Shown in pieces: positions 7,432 through 15,845 of a stretch of DNA of 32,000 bases. The notes under the pieces are model-generated. The model did not search any database. It saw only the letters and a list, made by a program, of their open reading frames with translations, and was not told the DNA's origin. Made by a program: the position numbers and the translations under genes. The stretch's first letter is position 1, and each line of letters starts with the position of its first letter. Origin of the DNA: Micrococcus luteus NCTC 2665 (GTDB lineage: Bacteria > Actinomycetota > Actinomycetes > Actinomycetales > Micrococcaceae); the NCBI RefSeq assembly GCF_000023205.1, contig NC_012803.1, forward strand, positions 810,001 through 842,000. The letters run 5' to 3'.

Positions 7432-8553
7432 ATGGCTGACACTGACTTCTCCGCGGAGATCGACTCCCTGCGCCACACCCTGGCCTCCATCGAGCAGGTC
7501 TCGGACCTCGACCGCATCAAGGCGGACATCGCCGAACTGGAGCAGCAGGCCTCCGCACCGGACCTCTGGGACGACCCGGAGGAGGCCCAGAAGGTCACCT
7601 CCAAGCTCTCCCACCGTCAGACGGACCTCAAGCGCATCACCTCCCTGGAGAGCCGCATCGAGGACCTGGAGACCATGGTCGAGCTCGCCGCGGAGGAGGA
7701 CGAGCCCTCCCTCCTCGACGACGCGAACCAGGAGCTGACCTCCATCCGCAAGGCCCTGGAGGAACTCGAGGTCGTCACGCTGCTCAGCGGCGAGTACGAC
7801 CAGCGCGACGCCGTCGTGACCATCCGCGCGGGCGCCGGCGGCGTGGACGCGGCCGACTTCGCCGAGACCCTCATGCGCATGTACCTGCGCTGGGCCGAGC
7901 AGCGTGGCTGGTCCACCAAGGTCATGGACACCTCCTACGCGGAGGAGGCCGGCCTGAAGTCCGTCACCTTCGAGGTCAACGCGCCCTTCGCGTTCGGCAC
8001 CCTCTCCGTGGAGGCCGGCACGCACCGCCTCGTGCGCATCAGCCCCTTCGACAACCAGGGCCGCCGCCAGACGTCCTTCGCGGCGGTCGAGGTGGTGCCG
8101 CTGATCGAGTCGGACGACTCCATCGAGATCCCCGAGTCCGAGATCAAGGTGGACGTGTTCCGCTCCTCGGGCCCCGGCGGCCAGTCCGTGAACACCACGG
8201 ACTCCGCCGTCCGCATGACGCACCTGCCCACCGGCATCGTCGTGTCCATGCAGAACGAGAAGTCGCAGATCCAGAACCGTGCCGCCGCCCTGCGCGTGCT
8301 CCAGTCCCGCCTGCTGCTGCTGCGCAAGGCCGAGGAGGACGCGAAGAAGAAGGAGATGGCCGGCGACGTCAAGGCGTCCTGGGGCGACCAGATGCGCTCC
8401 TACGTGTTGAACCCGTACCAGATGGTCAAGGACCTGCGCACGGGCCACGAGGAGGGCAACCCCTCCTCCGTGTTCGACGGCCACATCGACGATTTCGTGG
8501 ACGCCGGGATCCGCTGGCGCGCCGAGCAGGTCAAGGCCGCCCAGGAGGACTGA
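7432..8553 (+). CDS. prfB: Peptide chain release factor 2
   Basis: ORF 7432..8553. Has the SPF tripeptide (RISPFD) and GGQ ([12 protein letters not shown]), with RF2-like sequence throughout. It is one continuous frame with no +1 frameshift site. Confidence 0.97.
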   Translation: MADTDFSAEIDSLRHTLASIEQVSDLDRIKADIAELEQQASAPDLWDDPEEAQKVTSKLSHRQTDLKRITSLESRIEDLETMVELAAEEDEPSLLDDANQELTSIRKALEELEVVTLLSGEYDQRDAVVTIRAGAGGVDAADFAETLMRMYLRWAEQRGWSTKVMDTSYAEEAGLKSVTFEVNAPFAFGTLSVEAGTHRLVRISPFDNQGRRQTSFAAVEVVPLIESDDSIEIPESEIKVDVFRSSGPGGQSVNTTDSAVRMTHLPTGIVVSMQNEKSQIQNRAAALRVLQSRLLLLRKAEEDAKKKEMAGDVKASWGDQMRSYVLNPYQMVKDLRTGHEEGNPSSVFDGHIDDFVDAGIRWRAEQVKAAQED

Positions 8554-8586
8554 GCCCCGCGGCGCGGCCCCGCCGCCCGGGCCACC

Positions 8587-8632
8587 ACGACGCCGGCCCG
8601 CACCTCCGCAGCGAGGCGCGGGCCGGCGTCGT
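8587..8632 (+). terminator. Stem-loop after prfB (15-bp perfect stem)
   Basis: ACGACGCCGGCCCGC (8587-8601) pairs with GCGGGCCGGCGTCGT (8618-8632) around a 16-nt loop. The trailing T tract is weak (CGTTC). Confidence 0.55.
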
Positions 8633-8764
8633 CGTTCAGGCTCCGCAGGGGCCTCGGGCCTGGCCTGGGAGACCGGCCCGGTGGAATGCTCGAAGCACCG
8701 GGGCGGGCGCCCCCGCGCGCCGGCCCGGCACCCGATTCCATCCCCACTCAGGAGGTCGACCAGC

Positions 8765-9838
8765 ATGACCATGCGCGCCGCCCGTTGGCACGGCAAGAAG
8801 GACATCCGCATCGAGGAGATCGACTCGCCCACGGCCGGTCCAGGGCAGGTCCTCGTGGACGTCGCGTGGTGCGGCATCTGCGGCACGGACCTGCACGAGT
8901 ACCTCGAGGGTCCGATCTTCATCCCGCCGGCCGGACACCCGCACCCGATCTCCGGTGACGCCGCCCCCGTCACGCTCGGCCACGAGATGTCCGGCACCGT
9001 CGCCGCCCTGGGCGAGGGCGTCACGGACCTCGAGGTCGGCCAGAAGGTCGTCGTGGAACCGTACATCGTGCGCGAGGAGGACCAGGACCGACCGGACTAC
9101 AACCTCGCGCCGGACATGAACTTCATCGGCCTGGGCGGCGACGGCGGCGGCCTGGCCGAACAGATCGCGGTGCGGCGCCGCTGGGTCCACCCCGTGGCCG
9201 ACTCCGTGCCTCTCGACCAGGCCGCGCTCATCGAGCCGCTCTCCGTGGCCCACCACGCGTGGGTGCGGGCCGGCTCTCCGACGTCGGGCGTGGCCGTGAT
9301 CGGCGGCGCCGGCCCCATCGGCGCGCTCACCGCGGCTGTGCTCAAGGGCAAGGGCCTGACGGTGTACGTCTCCGAGCTCTCCGAGCTGCGGCGGCAGAAG
9401 GTGCTCGAGGCCGGCGTGGTGGACGAGGCCTTCGACCCCCGCGAGGTGGACGTGCCCGCCAAGATCCGCGAACTGCACGACGGCCAGGGCGCGGACGTGG
9501 GCTTCGAGTGCACCTCGGTGGACGTGGTGCTGGACATGCTGCTGGACGCGGTGCGTCCCGGCGGCGTGATCGTCAACGAGTCCATCTGGGGCCACGAGCC
9601 CGCCGTGGCCCTGCACAAGCTGGTGATGAAGGAGATCGACCTGCGCGGCACCATCGCGTACGCGAACGACCACGCGGACACCATCCGCATGGTCGAGGAC
9701 GGCGCCGTGGACCTCGCGCCGTTCATCACCGGCAAGATCGGCCTCGACGACCTGGTCGACCAGGGCTTCGAGACCCTCATCCACCACAACGAGACGGCCG
9801 TGAAGATCCTCGTCTCGCCGACCGGTCAGGGTCTCTGA
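8765..9838 (+). CDS. Zn-dependent medium-chain dehydrogenase, 2,3-butanediol dehydrogenase-like
   Basis: In-frame ATG 8765 of ORF 8681..9838, with AGGAGG at 8750-8755. Motifs are CGICGTDLHEY, GHEMSG and the Rossmann motif VIGGAGPIG. Confidence 0.9.
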   Translation: MTMRAARWHGKKDIRIEEIDSPTAGPGQVLVDVAWCGICGTDLHEYLEGPIFIPPAGHPHPISGDAAPVTLGHEMSGTVAALGEGVTDLEVGQKVVVEPYIVREEDQDRPDYNLAPDMNFIGLGGDGGGLAEQIAVRRRWVHPVADSVPLDQAALIEPLSVAHHAWVRAGSPTSGVAVIGGAGPIGALTAAVLKGKGLTVYVSELSELRRQKVLEAGVVDEAFDPREVDVPAKIRELHDGQGADVGFECTSVDVVLDMLLDAVRPGGVIVNESIWGHEPAVALHKLVMKEIDLRGTIAYANDHADTIRMVEDGAVDLAPFITGKIGLDDLVDQGFETLIHHNETAVKILVSPTGQGL

Positions 9839-9865
9839 GGCGTCGGCCCGATCCCCGGACGTCCC

Positions 9866-9908
9866 GACGACGGCCCGCGCCCGCAGCCGGCGGGTGCGGG
9901 CCGTCGTC
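9866..9908 (+). terminator. Stem-loop after the dehydrogenase gene (13-bp perfect stem)
   Basis: GACGACGGCCCGC (9866-9878) pairs with GCGGGCCGTCGTC (9896-9908). Confidence 0.5.
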
Positions 9909-9972
9909 GTCCCGGCACTCAGCCGCGCCGTCACAGACGCGTCGCTCCCTGGCGCGCCTGTGATCGTGGTCA

Positions 9973-9978
9973 TAGACT
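9973..9978 (+). promoter_or_regulatory. Candidate -10 element TAGACT upstream of the thiolase operon
   Basis: ATAGACTG lies in a locally AT-rich stretch (9961-10015), about 50 nt upstream of ATG 10029. It is the same motif as at 12803 and 18569. Confidence 0.35.
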
Positions 9979-10028
9979 GCATTTCAGTGAATCGCCATGA
10001 ACCGAATTGAGCATCCCAGGAGGACCGC

Positions 10029-11237
10029 ATGACCGCCGAGCTGCCCCAGCCCCAGCCCACCGACGCCGTGATCGTGGGCGGTGCCCGCACCCCCTTCACC
10101 CGGCTGCTCTCGCAGCAGGCCGACCTGCGTGCGGTGGATCTGGGCGCCCACGCGATCAGGCACGCCCTCGAGCGCGCCGGCGTGGCCCCCGAGGACGTGG
10201 ACATGGTCTACATGGGCCAGGTCGTGCAAGCCGGCGCGGGCCAGAACCCGGCACGCCAGTCCGCGCTCGCCGCGGGCATCCCCTGGAACGTCCCGGCCAT
10301 GACGATCAACAAGGTGTGCCTGTCCGGCCTCACCGCCGTGATCGACGCCGCCCGTCTCATCCGCCTCGGCGAGGCGGACGTGGTGGTGGCCGGCGGCCAG
10401 GAGTCCATGACCAACGCCCCGCACCTGCTGCCCGGCGCGCGCAAGGGCTTCAAGTACGGCCCGGCCACCATGCTCGACGCCGTCGCGTGGGACGGCCTCA
10501 CCGACTCCCTGAGCCACGAGGCCATGGGCGAGCTGACCGAGTCCGGCAACGGCGAGCGGAACATCGCCCGCGCCGAGCAGGACGAGGTCGCCGCGGCCTC
10601 GCACCAGCGGGCCGCCCGGGCCCAGTCCGAGGGCGTCTTCGAGGGCGAGATCGCCCCGGTGGAGGTGCCGCAGCGCAAGGGCGACCCGCTGGTCGTCTCC
10701 CAGGACGAAGGGGTCCGCCCGGACACGACCGCCGAGTCGCTGGGCGCCCTGCGTCCGGCGTTCGCGAAGGACGGCACGATCACGGCCGGCAACTCCTCGC
10801 CCCTGTCCGACGGCGCCGCCGCCCTCGTGGTGACCTCGCGTGCCTTCGCCGAGGAGAAGGGCCTGACGATCCTCGCCACGGTGGGCGCACCCGGACAGAC
10901 CGCCGGCCCGGACAGCTCGCAGCTGCACTCGCAGCCCTCCGACGCGATCAACACCGCCGTGCGGAAGCAGGGCTGGGACGTGGCCGACCTCGACTTCATC
11001 GAGATCAACGAGGCCTTCGGCGCCGTGGCCGTGCAGTCCCTGCGCGACCTCGACTACCCGCACGAGAAGACCAACATCCACGGCGGCGCCATCGCCCTGG
11101 GCCACCCGATCGGCGCCTCCGGCGCCCGGCTGGCCCTGCACGCCGCCCTCGAGCTCGACCGGCGCGACGGCGGCCGCGCGGCCGTCTCGCTCTGCGGCGG
11201 CGGCGGCCAGGGCGAGGCCCTGATCCTCTTCCGCTGA
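10029..11237 (+). CDS. Acetyl-CoA C-acetyltransferase (thiolase II)
   Basis: ORF 10029..11237 with AGGAGG at 10018-10023. Motifs are NKVCLSGL (active-site Cys), NEAFGAV, GGAIALGHPIGASGARL and CGGGGQG. Confidence 0.95.
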   Translation: MTAELPQPQPTDAVIVGGARTPFTRLLSQQADLRAVDLGAHAIRHALERAGVAPEDVDMVYMGQVVQAGAGQNPARQSALAAGIPWNVPAMTINKVCLSGLTAVIDAARLIRLGEADVVVAGGQESMTNAPHLLPGARKGFKYGPATMLDAVAWDGLTDSLSHEAMGELTESGNGERNIARAEQDEVAAASHQRAARAQSEGVFEGEIAPVEVPQRKGDPLVVSQDEGVRPDTTAESLGALRPAFAKDGTITAGNSSPLSDGAAALVVTSRAFAEEKGLTILATVGAPGQTAGPDSSQLHSQPSDAINTAVRKQGWDVADLDFIEINEAFGAVAVQSLRDLDYPHEKTNIHGGAIALGHPIGASGARLALHAALELDRRDGGRAAVSLCGGGGQGEALILFR

Positions 11238-11268
11238 CGGACCGCCCCTGACAGAAAGGACCCCGGAC

Positions 11269-12078
11269 ATGGCTCTCGACAAGACCGTGGCCACGCCCGC
11301 CGAGGCGGTGGCGGACGTGCCGGACGGCGCGTCCCTGGCCGTCGGCGGCTTCGGACTCACCGGCAACCCCGTGCAGCTCATCGAGGCCCTGCTCGAGCAG
11401 GGCGCCACGGACCTGTCCGTCGTCTCCAACAACTGCGGCGTGGACGGCTGGGGCCTGGGCCTCCTGCTCGGCGCGCGCCGGCTGCGGAAGATGACCTCCT
11501 CCTACGTGGGGGAGAACAAGGAGTTCGCCCGCCAGTACCTCGAGGGCGAGCTCGAGGTGGAGCTCGTCCCGCAGGGCACCCTCGCGGAGAAGCTCCGCGC
11601 CGGCGGGGCCGGCATCCCGGCGTTCTACACCCGCTCCGGCGTCGGCACCCAGGTGGCCGAAGGCGGCCTGCCCATGCGCTACGACGCGGACGGCGCCGTG
11701 GTGAAGTCCTCGCAGGCCAAGCCCACGGACACGTTCGTGCTCGGCGAGGGCTACCTCAGCCAGGTCCCGGACGAGCCCGAGACCTATGTGCTCGAACGCT
11801 CCATCGTCACCGACTTCTCCCTTGTGCACGCGTGGAAGGGCGACCGCCACGGCAACCTCGTGTTCCGCAAGGCCACCCGCCAGTTCGGCCCGCCCGCGGC
11901 CATGGCCGGCCGTGTGTGCATCGCCCAGGTGGAGGAGCTCGTCGAGCCCGGCGAGATCGACCCGGATGACGTGCACCTGCCCGGCATCTTCGTGCACCGG
12001 ATCGTGGAGGTCGGCACGGACATCGAGAAGCGGATCGAGAAGCGCACCGTGCGCGCATCGGGGGAGGAGCAGGCATGA
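11269..12078 (+). CDS. scoA: 3-oxoacid CoA-transferase subunit A
   Basis: ORF 11269..12078. Sequence includes [21 protein letters not shown] and [26 protein letters not shown]. Confidence 0.93.
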   Translation: MALDKTVATPAEAVADVPDGASLAVGGFGLTGNPVQLIEALLEQGATDLSVVSNNCGVDGWGLGLLLGARRLRKMTSSYVGENKEFARQYLEGELEVELVPQGTLAEKLRAGGAGIPAFYTRSGVGTQVAEGGLPMRYDADGAVVKSSQAKPTDTFVLGEGYLSQVPDEPETYVLERSIVTDFSLVHAWKGDRHGNLVFRKATRQFGPPAAMAGRVCIAQVEELVEPGEIDPDDVHLPGIFVHRIVEVGTDIEKRIEKRTVRASGEEQA

Positions 12079-12740
12079 GCGAGCAGACCACCGGGCGTCC
12101 CCGGGGCCTGAGCCGCGACCAGATGGCGGCCCGCGCCGCGCAGGAGCTGCCGGACGGCGCCTACGTCAACCTCGGCATCGGCATGCCCACGCTGATCCCC
12201 AACCACATCCCCGCCGGGCGGTCCGTGGTGCTGCAGTCCGAGAACGGCATCCTCGGCACGGGCCCCTACCCCACGGAGGACGCCGTGGACCCGGACCTGA
12301 TCAACGCGGGCAAGGAGACCGTCACCGTGAACCCGGGGGCGTCCTTCTTCGACTCCGCGCTGAGCTTCGGGATGATCCGCGGCGGCAAGATCGACGTCGC
12401 CGTCCTGGGCGGCATGGAGGTCTCCGCCGCGGGCGACCTGGCCAACTGGATGGTGCCCGGCAGGATGGTCAAGGGCATGGGCGGTGCGATGGACCTCGTC
12501 CACGGCGCCGGCCGCGTGATCGTCATGATGGACCACGTGTCCAAGGACGGGACCCCCAAGATCGTGGACCAGTGCACGCTGCCGCTGACCGGCCGCGCCG
12601 TCGTCGACCGCATCATCACGGACCTGGCCGTCATCGACGTCGTCGGCACCCCGGAACAGCCCCGCCTGGCGCTCGTGGAGACCGCCCCCGGCGTCACCGA
12701 GGAGCAGGTCCGCGCGCTCACCGGCGCGCCGCTGGACTGA
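12075..12740 (+). CDS. scoB: 3-oxoacid CoA-transferase subunit B
   Basis: ORF 12075..12740 with an ATGA overlap with scoA. Has the catalytic Glu context LQSENGILG, followed by GGAMDL. Confidence 0.93.
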   Translation: MSEQTTGRPRGLSRDQMAARAAQELPDGAYVNLGIGMPTLIPNHIPAGRSVVLQSENGILGTGPYPTEDAVDPDLINAGKETVTVNPGASFFDSALSFGMIRGGKIDVAVLGGMEVSAAGDLANWMVPGRMVKGMGGAMDLVHGAGRVIVMMDHVSKDGTPKIVDQCTLPLTGRAVVDRIITDLAVIDVVGTPEQPRLALVETAPGVTEEQVRALTGAPLD

Positions 12741-12802
12741 GCCGACGACGCCGCCCCGCGGCCCCGGCGCACCGCCTCGGCGGGCATCGGACCGGGGCGG
12801 GA

Positions 12803-12808
12803 TAGACT
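12803..12808 (+). promoter_or_regulatory. Candidate -10 element TAGACT(GG) upstream of smpB
   Basis: GATAGACTGG sits immediately before the scoB terminator hairpin, 60 nt upstream of smpB ATG 12869. Confidence 0.3.
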
Positions 12809-12809
12809 G

Positions 12810-12841
12810 GACGGCCGCGCCCTGATCGGGGCGCGGCCGTC
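12810..12841 (+). terminator. Stem-loop after scoB (13-bp perfect stem, 6-nt loop)
   Basis: GACGGCCGCGCCC (12810-12822) pairs with GGGCGCGGCCGTC (12829-12841). It abuts GTG 12845, which favours ATG 12869 as the smpB start. Confidence 0.5.
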
Positions 12842-12868
12842 GCCGTGACGCTGGAAGGACGTGAGGCC

Positions 12869-13384
12869 ATGGGCAAGAACAGCAAGGGCAAGGCCACCAA
12901 GCAGCCGGCCCCCGGCGAGCGCCAGGTGATCGCCAACAACAAGAAGGCGCGTCACGACTACACCATCCTCGACACGTACGAGGCCGGGATGGTGCTCACC
13001 GGCACCGAGGTGAAGTCGCTGCGCGAGGGCAAGGCCTCGCTCGTGGACGGCTTCGCGGTCTTCTACCGGGACGAGCTGTGGCTCGAGCAGGTCTACATCC
13101 CGGAGTACCTCAACGGCTCGTGGACCAACCACGCCGCCCGCCGGCGTCGCAAGCTGCTGCTGCACCGTGCCGAGCTGACGAAGATCTCCCGGCAGATCCA
13201 GGATCCGGGCCTGACCATCGTGCCGCTGTCCCTGTACTTCCTGAACGGGCGCGTGAAGGTGGAGATCGGCGTCGCGCGCGGCAACCGCGAGTACGACAAG
13301 CGGCACAAGCTGCGCGAGCAGCAGGACAACCGTGAGGCCCAGCGGGCCATGCGGATGCGCAACCGGCACGCCGGCGTGGCCTGA
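12869..13384 (+). CDS. smpB: SsrA-binding protein SmpB
   Basis: In-frame ATG 12869 of ORF 12845..13384. Sequence includes [29 protein letters not shown] and ends in a basic C-terminal tail. It lies directly upstream of tmRNA. Confidence 0.95.
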   Translation: MGKNSKGKATKQPAPGERQVIANNKKARHDYTILDTYEAGMVLTGTEVKSLREGKASLVDGFAVFYRDELWLEQVYIPEYLNGSWTNHAARRRRKLLLHRAELTKISRQIQDPGLTIVPLSLYFLNGRVKVEIGVARGNREYDKRHKLREQQDNREAQRAMRMRNRHAGVA

Positions 13385-13401
13385 GCGCGGCGGGCCCCTT
13401 G

Positions 13402-13427
13402 GGAATGCTCGGGGGGCGTGCTACGTT
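13402..13427 (+). promoter_or_regulatory. SigH/SigR-type promoter candidate GGAAT-N18-GTT upstream of ssrA
   Basis: gGGAAT (13402-13406), exactly 18 nt, then cGTTg (GTT 13425-13427). It starts 18 nt after the smpB stop and ends about 90 nt before the mature tmRNA 5' end. Confidence 0.4.
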
Positions 13428-13519
13428 GTATCTCTCGCAGGCCCGGTTTCAGGACCGGCGGGCTCCGCGCCCTCCGCCTGCAGTGGTGATTGACAACCTC
13501 ATAGAGGAGTCGCCCCCAA

Positions 13520-13888
13520 GGGGCCGATCGGTTTCGACGGTGTGTGTCGCGTCGGGAGAAGCGGGCCGAGGATGCAGAGTCATCTCGTCAAACGCTCTCT
13601 GCAAACCAATAAGTGCCGAATCCAAGCGCACTGACTTCGCTCTCGCTGCCTGATCAGTGATCGAGTCCGTCACCCCGAGGTCGCTGTCGCCTCGGACCGT
13701 GGCGTCAGCTAGATAGCCACTGGGCGTCACCCTCGCCGGGGGTCGTGACGCCGACATCAATCCGGCTGGGTCCGGGTTGGCCGCCCGTCTGCGGGACGGC
13801 CAGGACCGAGCAACACCCACAGCAGACTGCGCCCGGAGAAGACCTGGCAACACCTCATCGGACGCGGGTTCAATTCCCGCCGGCTCCA
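13520..13888 (+). ncRNA. ssrA: tmRNA (transfer-messenger RNA)
   Basis: The 5' GGGGCCG pairs with the 3' CGGCTCC, including the G3:U wobble alanine identity element. T-arm is GCGGGTTCAATTCCCGC. Tag ORF GCC GAA TCC AAG CGC ACT GAC TTC GCT CTC GCT GCC TGA (13615-13653) encodes AESKRTDFALAA. The 3' CCA is not encoded (..CTCCA|CTC). Confidence 0.93.
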
Positions 13889-13900
13889 CTCACCACCACG

Positions 13901-13937
13901 GGAAGGCCCCGGAATCATCACGATTCCGGGGCCTTCC
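13901..13937. terminator. 16-bp perfect hairpin between ssrA (+) and crcB (-), potentially bidirectional
   Basis: GGAAGGCCCCGGAATC (13901-13916) pairs with GATTCCGGGGCCTTCC (13922-13937) around the loop ATCAC. Confidence 0.7.
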
Positions 13938-13970
13938 TCGTGTCCGCGCCGATGCCCGGCCACCCTTCCC

Positions 13971-14417
13971 TCAGCCGGCCACGACGGCATGCAGGCCCAG
14001 GCCGGCGCCCCAGCCGACGACGACGGACACCAGCCCCAGCCCCAGATGCGCGGCCCACAGGCGGGCGGCCGCGCCCCATCGACGGGCGAGCACGGCGTCA
14101 GCGGCCTCAGCGGCCACCGTGGACCACGTCCCCAGGGCGAGGCAGAACCCGGACACCACGGCGGACACCGCCGCGACGAGCATGAGCCCATGCCCGCCGC
14201 CCCAGCCCCCGGACGCGTACACCAGCTCCGGCACGGCCAGGCCGACGGTGACGCCGAGGAGCAGGGCCGCCGTCGTGTTGGCGGTGAGCAGACCTCGGGG
14301 GCCGAGCCGGTCGGTCAGGCGTCGGCGCGCCAGGGCGCCGAGCGCCCCGCCCGCCGCGAGGCAGGCCAGGAGGGCCACCTGGAAGAGAGCGAAGACCTCG
14401 TATCCCGCGCCGCTCAT
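13971..14417 (-). CDS. crcB: Fluoride channel CrcB/Fluc homologue (second, divergent copy)
   Basis: In-frame ATG 14417 within ORF 13971..15362, with an ATGA overlap with the upstream crcB. Begins MSGAGYEVFALFQVALLACLAAGGALGALARRRL, then LLTANTTAALLLG and LALGTWST. It has four hydrophobic segments. Confidence 0.85.
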   Translation of the reverse strand: MSGAGYEVFALFQVALLACLAAGGALGALARRRLTDRLGPRGLLTANTTAALLLGVTVGLAVPELVYASGGWGGGHGLMLVAAVSAVVSGFCLALGTWSTVAAEAADAVLARRWGAAARLWAAHLGLGLVSVVVGWGAGLGLHAVVAG

Positions 14418-14971
14418 GCGTCCTCCTCCGAACGATCCGTCCCGACCACGCGCGACCCCGGGGCGCCCCCGGCGCGCAGGCCGAGCACGGCCGCCGCCGT
14501 CGAGAGTGCAGCCATCAGCGCGAGCACCAGCAGCACCGAGGCCGCCGCGGGGAGGACGACACCCGCCCCGGACGCCACGGCGCCCAGCCGCACCGGCCAC
14601 AGCACCAGGGCGACGGCGCTGGAGATGGTGGTGAACGCACCGAGGAAGCCGGTTCCCAGCCCCGCCACCAGGCGTGGACGCCAGTCCGGCCCGCGGCGTC
14701 GCGAGGCCGCCCACAGCAGACCGAGCAGGAACGAGCCGAGCACGTTCACCACGAAGAGCGGCAGCGCCTGGACGAGCACGTCGACCGCCCCGAACGCGGC
14801 GCCGAACGTGCCGCGGAAGTTGGGCGCCCCGGCCAGCACGGTCACCGCGTTCATCACCCCCGCACCGCACAGCACGCCCGCGACACCGCCGAGGGCCACC
14901 GCACCCGCAGTGCCGGGCCGGCGAACTGTCCCGCGCCCACCCCTCCGGTCGGCCGTCGTCTCCCCCCGCAC
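14414..14971 (-). CDS. crcB: Fluoride channel CrcB/Fluc homologue (first copy)
   Basis: ORF 14414..14971. Has the canonical motifs LFVVNVLGSFLLGLL and GLGTGFLGAFTTISS. GTG 14971 is 5 nt after the hisN stop; the exact start is uncertain. Confidence 0.85.
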   Translation of the reverse strand: MRGETTADRRGGRGTVRRPGTAGAVALGGVAGVLCGAGVMNAVTVLAGAPNFRGTFGAAFGAVDVLVQALPLFVVNVLGSFLLGLLWAASRRRGPDWRPRLVAGLGTGFLGAFTTISSAVALVLWPVRLGAVASGAGVVLPAAASVLLVLALMAALSTAAAVLGLRAGGAPGSRVVGTDRSEEDA

Positions 14972-14976
14972 TGCTA

Positions 14977-15816
14977 TCAGGCGCCGCCCTCGGTCTCGTC
15001 ACCCGCGCGGAGGCGGGCGAGGACGTCGTCGTGGAGCAGGCCGTTCGTGGCCAGCGCGTGCCCGCCGAACGGGCTGTCCTCGCCGTCCAGCGAGGTGAAG
15101 CGGCCGCCGGCCTCGCGCACGATCGGCACCAGCGCGGCCATGTCATGCAGCTCGAGCTCGGGCTCGGCCGCGATGTCCACGGCGCCCTCGGCGACGAGCA
15201 TGTAGGACCAGAAGTCGCCGAAGCCGCGCACGCGCCACACGTCCGAGGTGAGCTGCAGGAACGCGCGGATCGAGCCGCGTTCGCGCCAGCCCTCGATCGA
15301 GGAGAAGGACAGCGACGCGTCCTCGACCCGATCCACGCCGGACACGGCGATCCGCTGAGCACGCGTGAGCGAGGTGCCCGCGAAGGCGCCCTGACCGGCC
15401 GCGGCCCACCAGCGCCGGTGCAGGGCGGGGGCGGAGACGACGCCGACGACGGGCTCGCCGTCGATCAGCAGCGCGATGAGGGTGGCCCACACGGGCACGC
15501 CGCGCACGAAGTTCTTGGTGCCGTCGATGGGGTCGACCACCCACTGCCGGCCGGAGCGGCTCAGAGATCCGCCGAACTCCTCACCCACGACGCCGTCGCG
15601 CGCCCGGGCGCGGGACAGGGTCGCGCGGATGGACTCCTCGGCGGCGCGGTCCGCATCCGTGACAGGGGTGAGATCGGGCTTGGTGCTGACCTTGAGGTCC
15701 TGGGCCTTGAACCGGGACATCGTGATCGAGTCCACGTTGTCCGCCAGCATGTGGGCCAGCCGCAGGTCCTCCGTGAGGTCGCGGCCGCGGGTCGCAGGGT
15801 TCTCAGGTCGCTCCAT
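14977..15816 (-). CDS. hisN: Histidinol-phosphatase, inositol monophosphatase family
   Basis: In-frame ATG 15816 (MERPENP) of ORF 14977..15966. Sequence includes [49 protein letters not shown] and [15 protein letters not shown]. Confidence 0.85.
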   Translation of the reverse strand: MERPENPATRGRDLTEDLRLAHMLADNVDSITMSRFKAQDLKVSTKPDLTPVTDADRAAEESIRATLSRARARDGVVGEEFGGSLSRSGRQWVVDPIDGTKNFVRGVPVWATLIALLIDGEPVVGVVSAPALHRRWWAAAGQGAFAGTSLTRAQRIAVSGVDRVEDASLSFSSIEGWRERGSIRAFLQLTSDVWRVRGFGDFWSYMLVAEGAVDIAAEPELELHDMAALVPIVREAGGRFTSLDGEDSPFGGHALATNGLLHDDVLARLRAGDETEGGA

Positions 15817-15845
15817 GCCGCCCACGCTATACCGCGCGGGCCGCC

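Noticed and set aside
7432-7600. Looked for the programmed +1 frameshift site (CUU UGA C type) known from many prfB genes.
   Set aside because: The RF2 frame is continuous from ATG 7432, and the N-terminal domain is intact. No in-frame early UGA is present.
8683-8708. GGAATGCTCG, the same 10-mer as in the ssrA SigH-like promoter, upstream of the dehydrogenase gene.
   Set aside because: No GTT lies at N16-N19 downstream; the sequence there is GGC/GCG. It does not fit the SigH/SigR promoter model.
6259-9066. 935-aa minus-strand ORF, with similar giants at 717..2060(-), 4106..5866(-), 8636..10204(-), 9984..11432(-), 19803..22169(+), 22221..24233(+) and 27228..29195(-).
   Set aside because: Each is antisense to a gene with unmistakable family motifs (prfB, tad genes, thiolase, kgd, CNNM). 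Their translations are Arg/Gly/Pro/Ala/His-rich low-complexity strings typical of off-frame reading in high-GC DNA.
13490-13495. Perfect TTGACA -35 hexamer 25 nt upstream of the tmRNA 5' end.
   Set aside because: No TANNNT-like -10 sits at a 16-19 nt spacing; the sequence there is CCCCCA. It is probably fortuitous.
13399-13653. 84-aa ORF ending ..AESKRTDFALAA.
   Set aside because: It reads through the tmRNA gene. Only the last 12 codons (13615-13650) are the trans-translation tag. The rest is tmRNA structure and upstream spacer, not a protein gene.
13889-13970. Genomic island, attachment site or integrase at the tmRNA 3' end.
   Set aside because: A terminator is followed directly by core crcB genes. 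There is no integrase and no visible duplication of the tmRNA 3' segment in the window.
14972-15000. Fluoride riboswitch upstream of crcB.
   Set aside because: Only 5 nt separate the hisN stop from the first crcB start candidate. I saw none of the conserved riboswitch elements in the hisN 3' end, though this was a by-eye check only.
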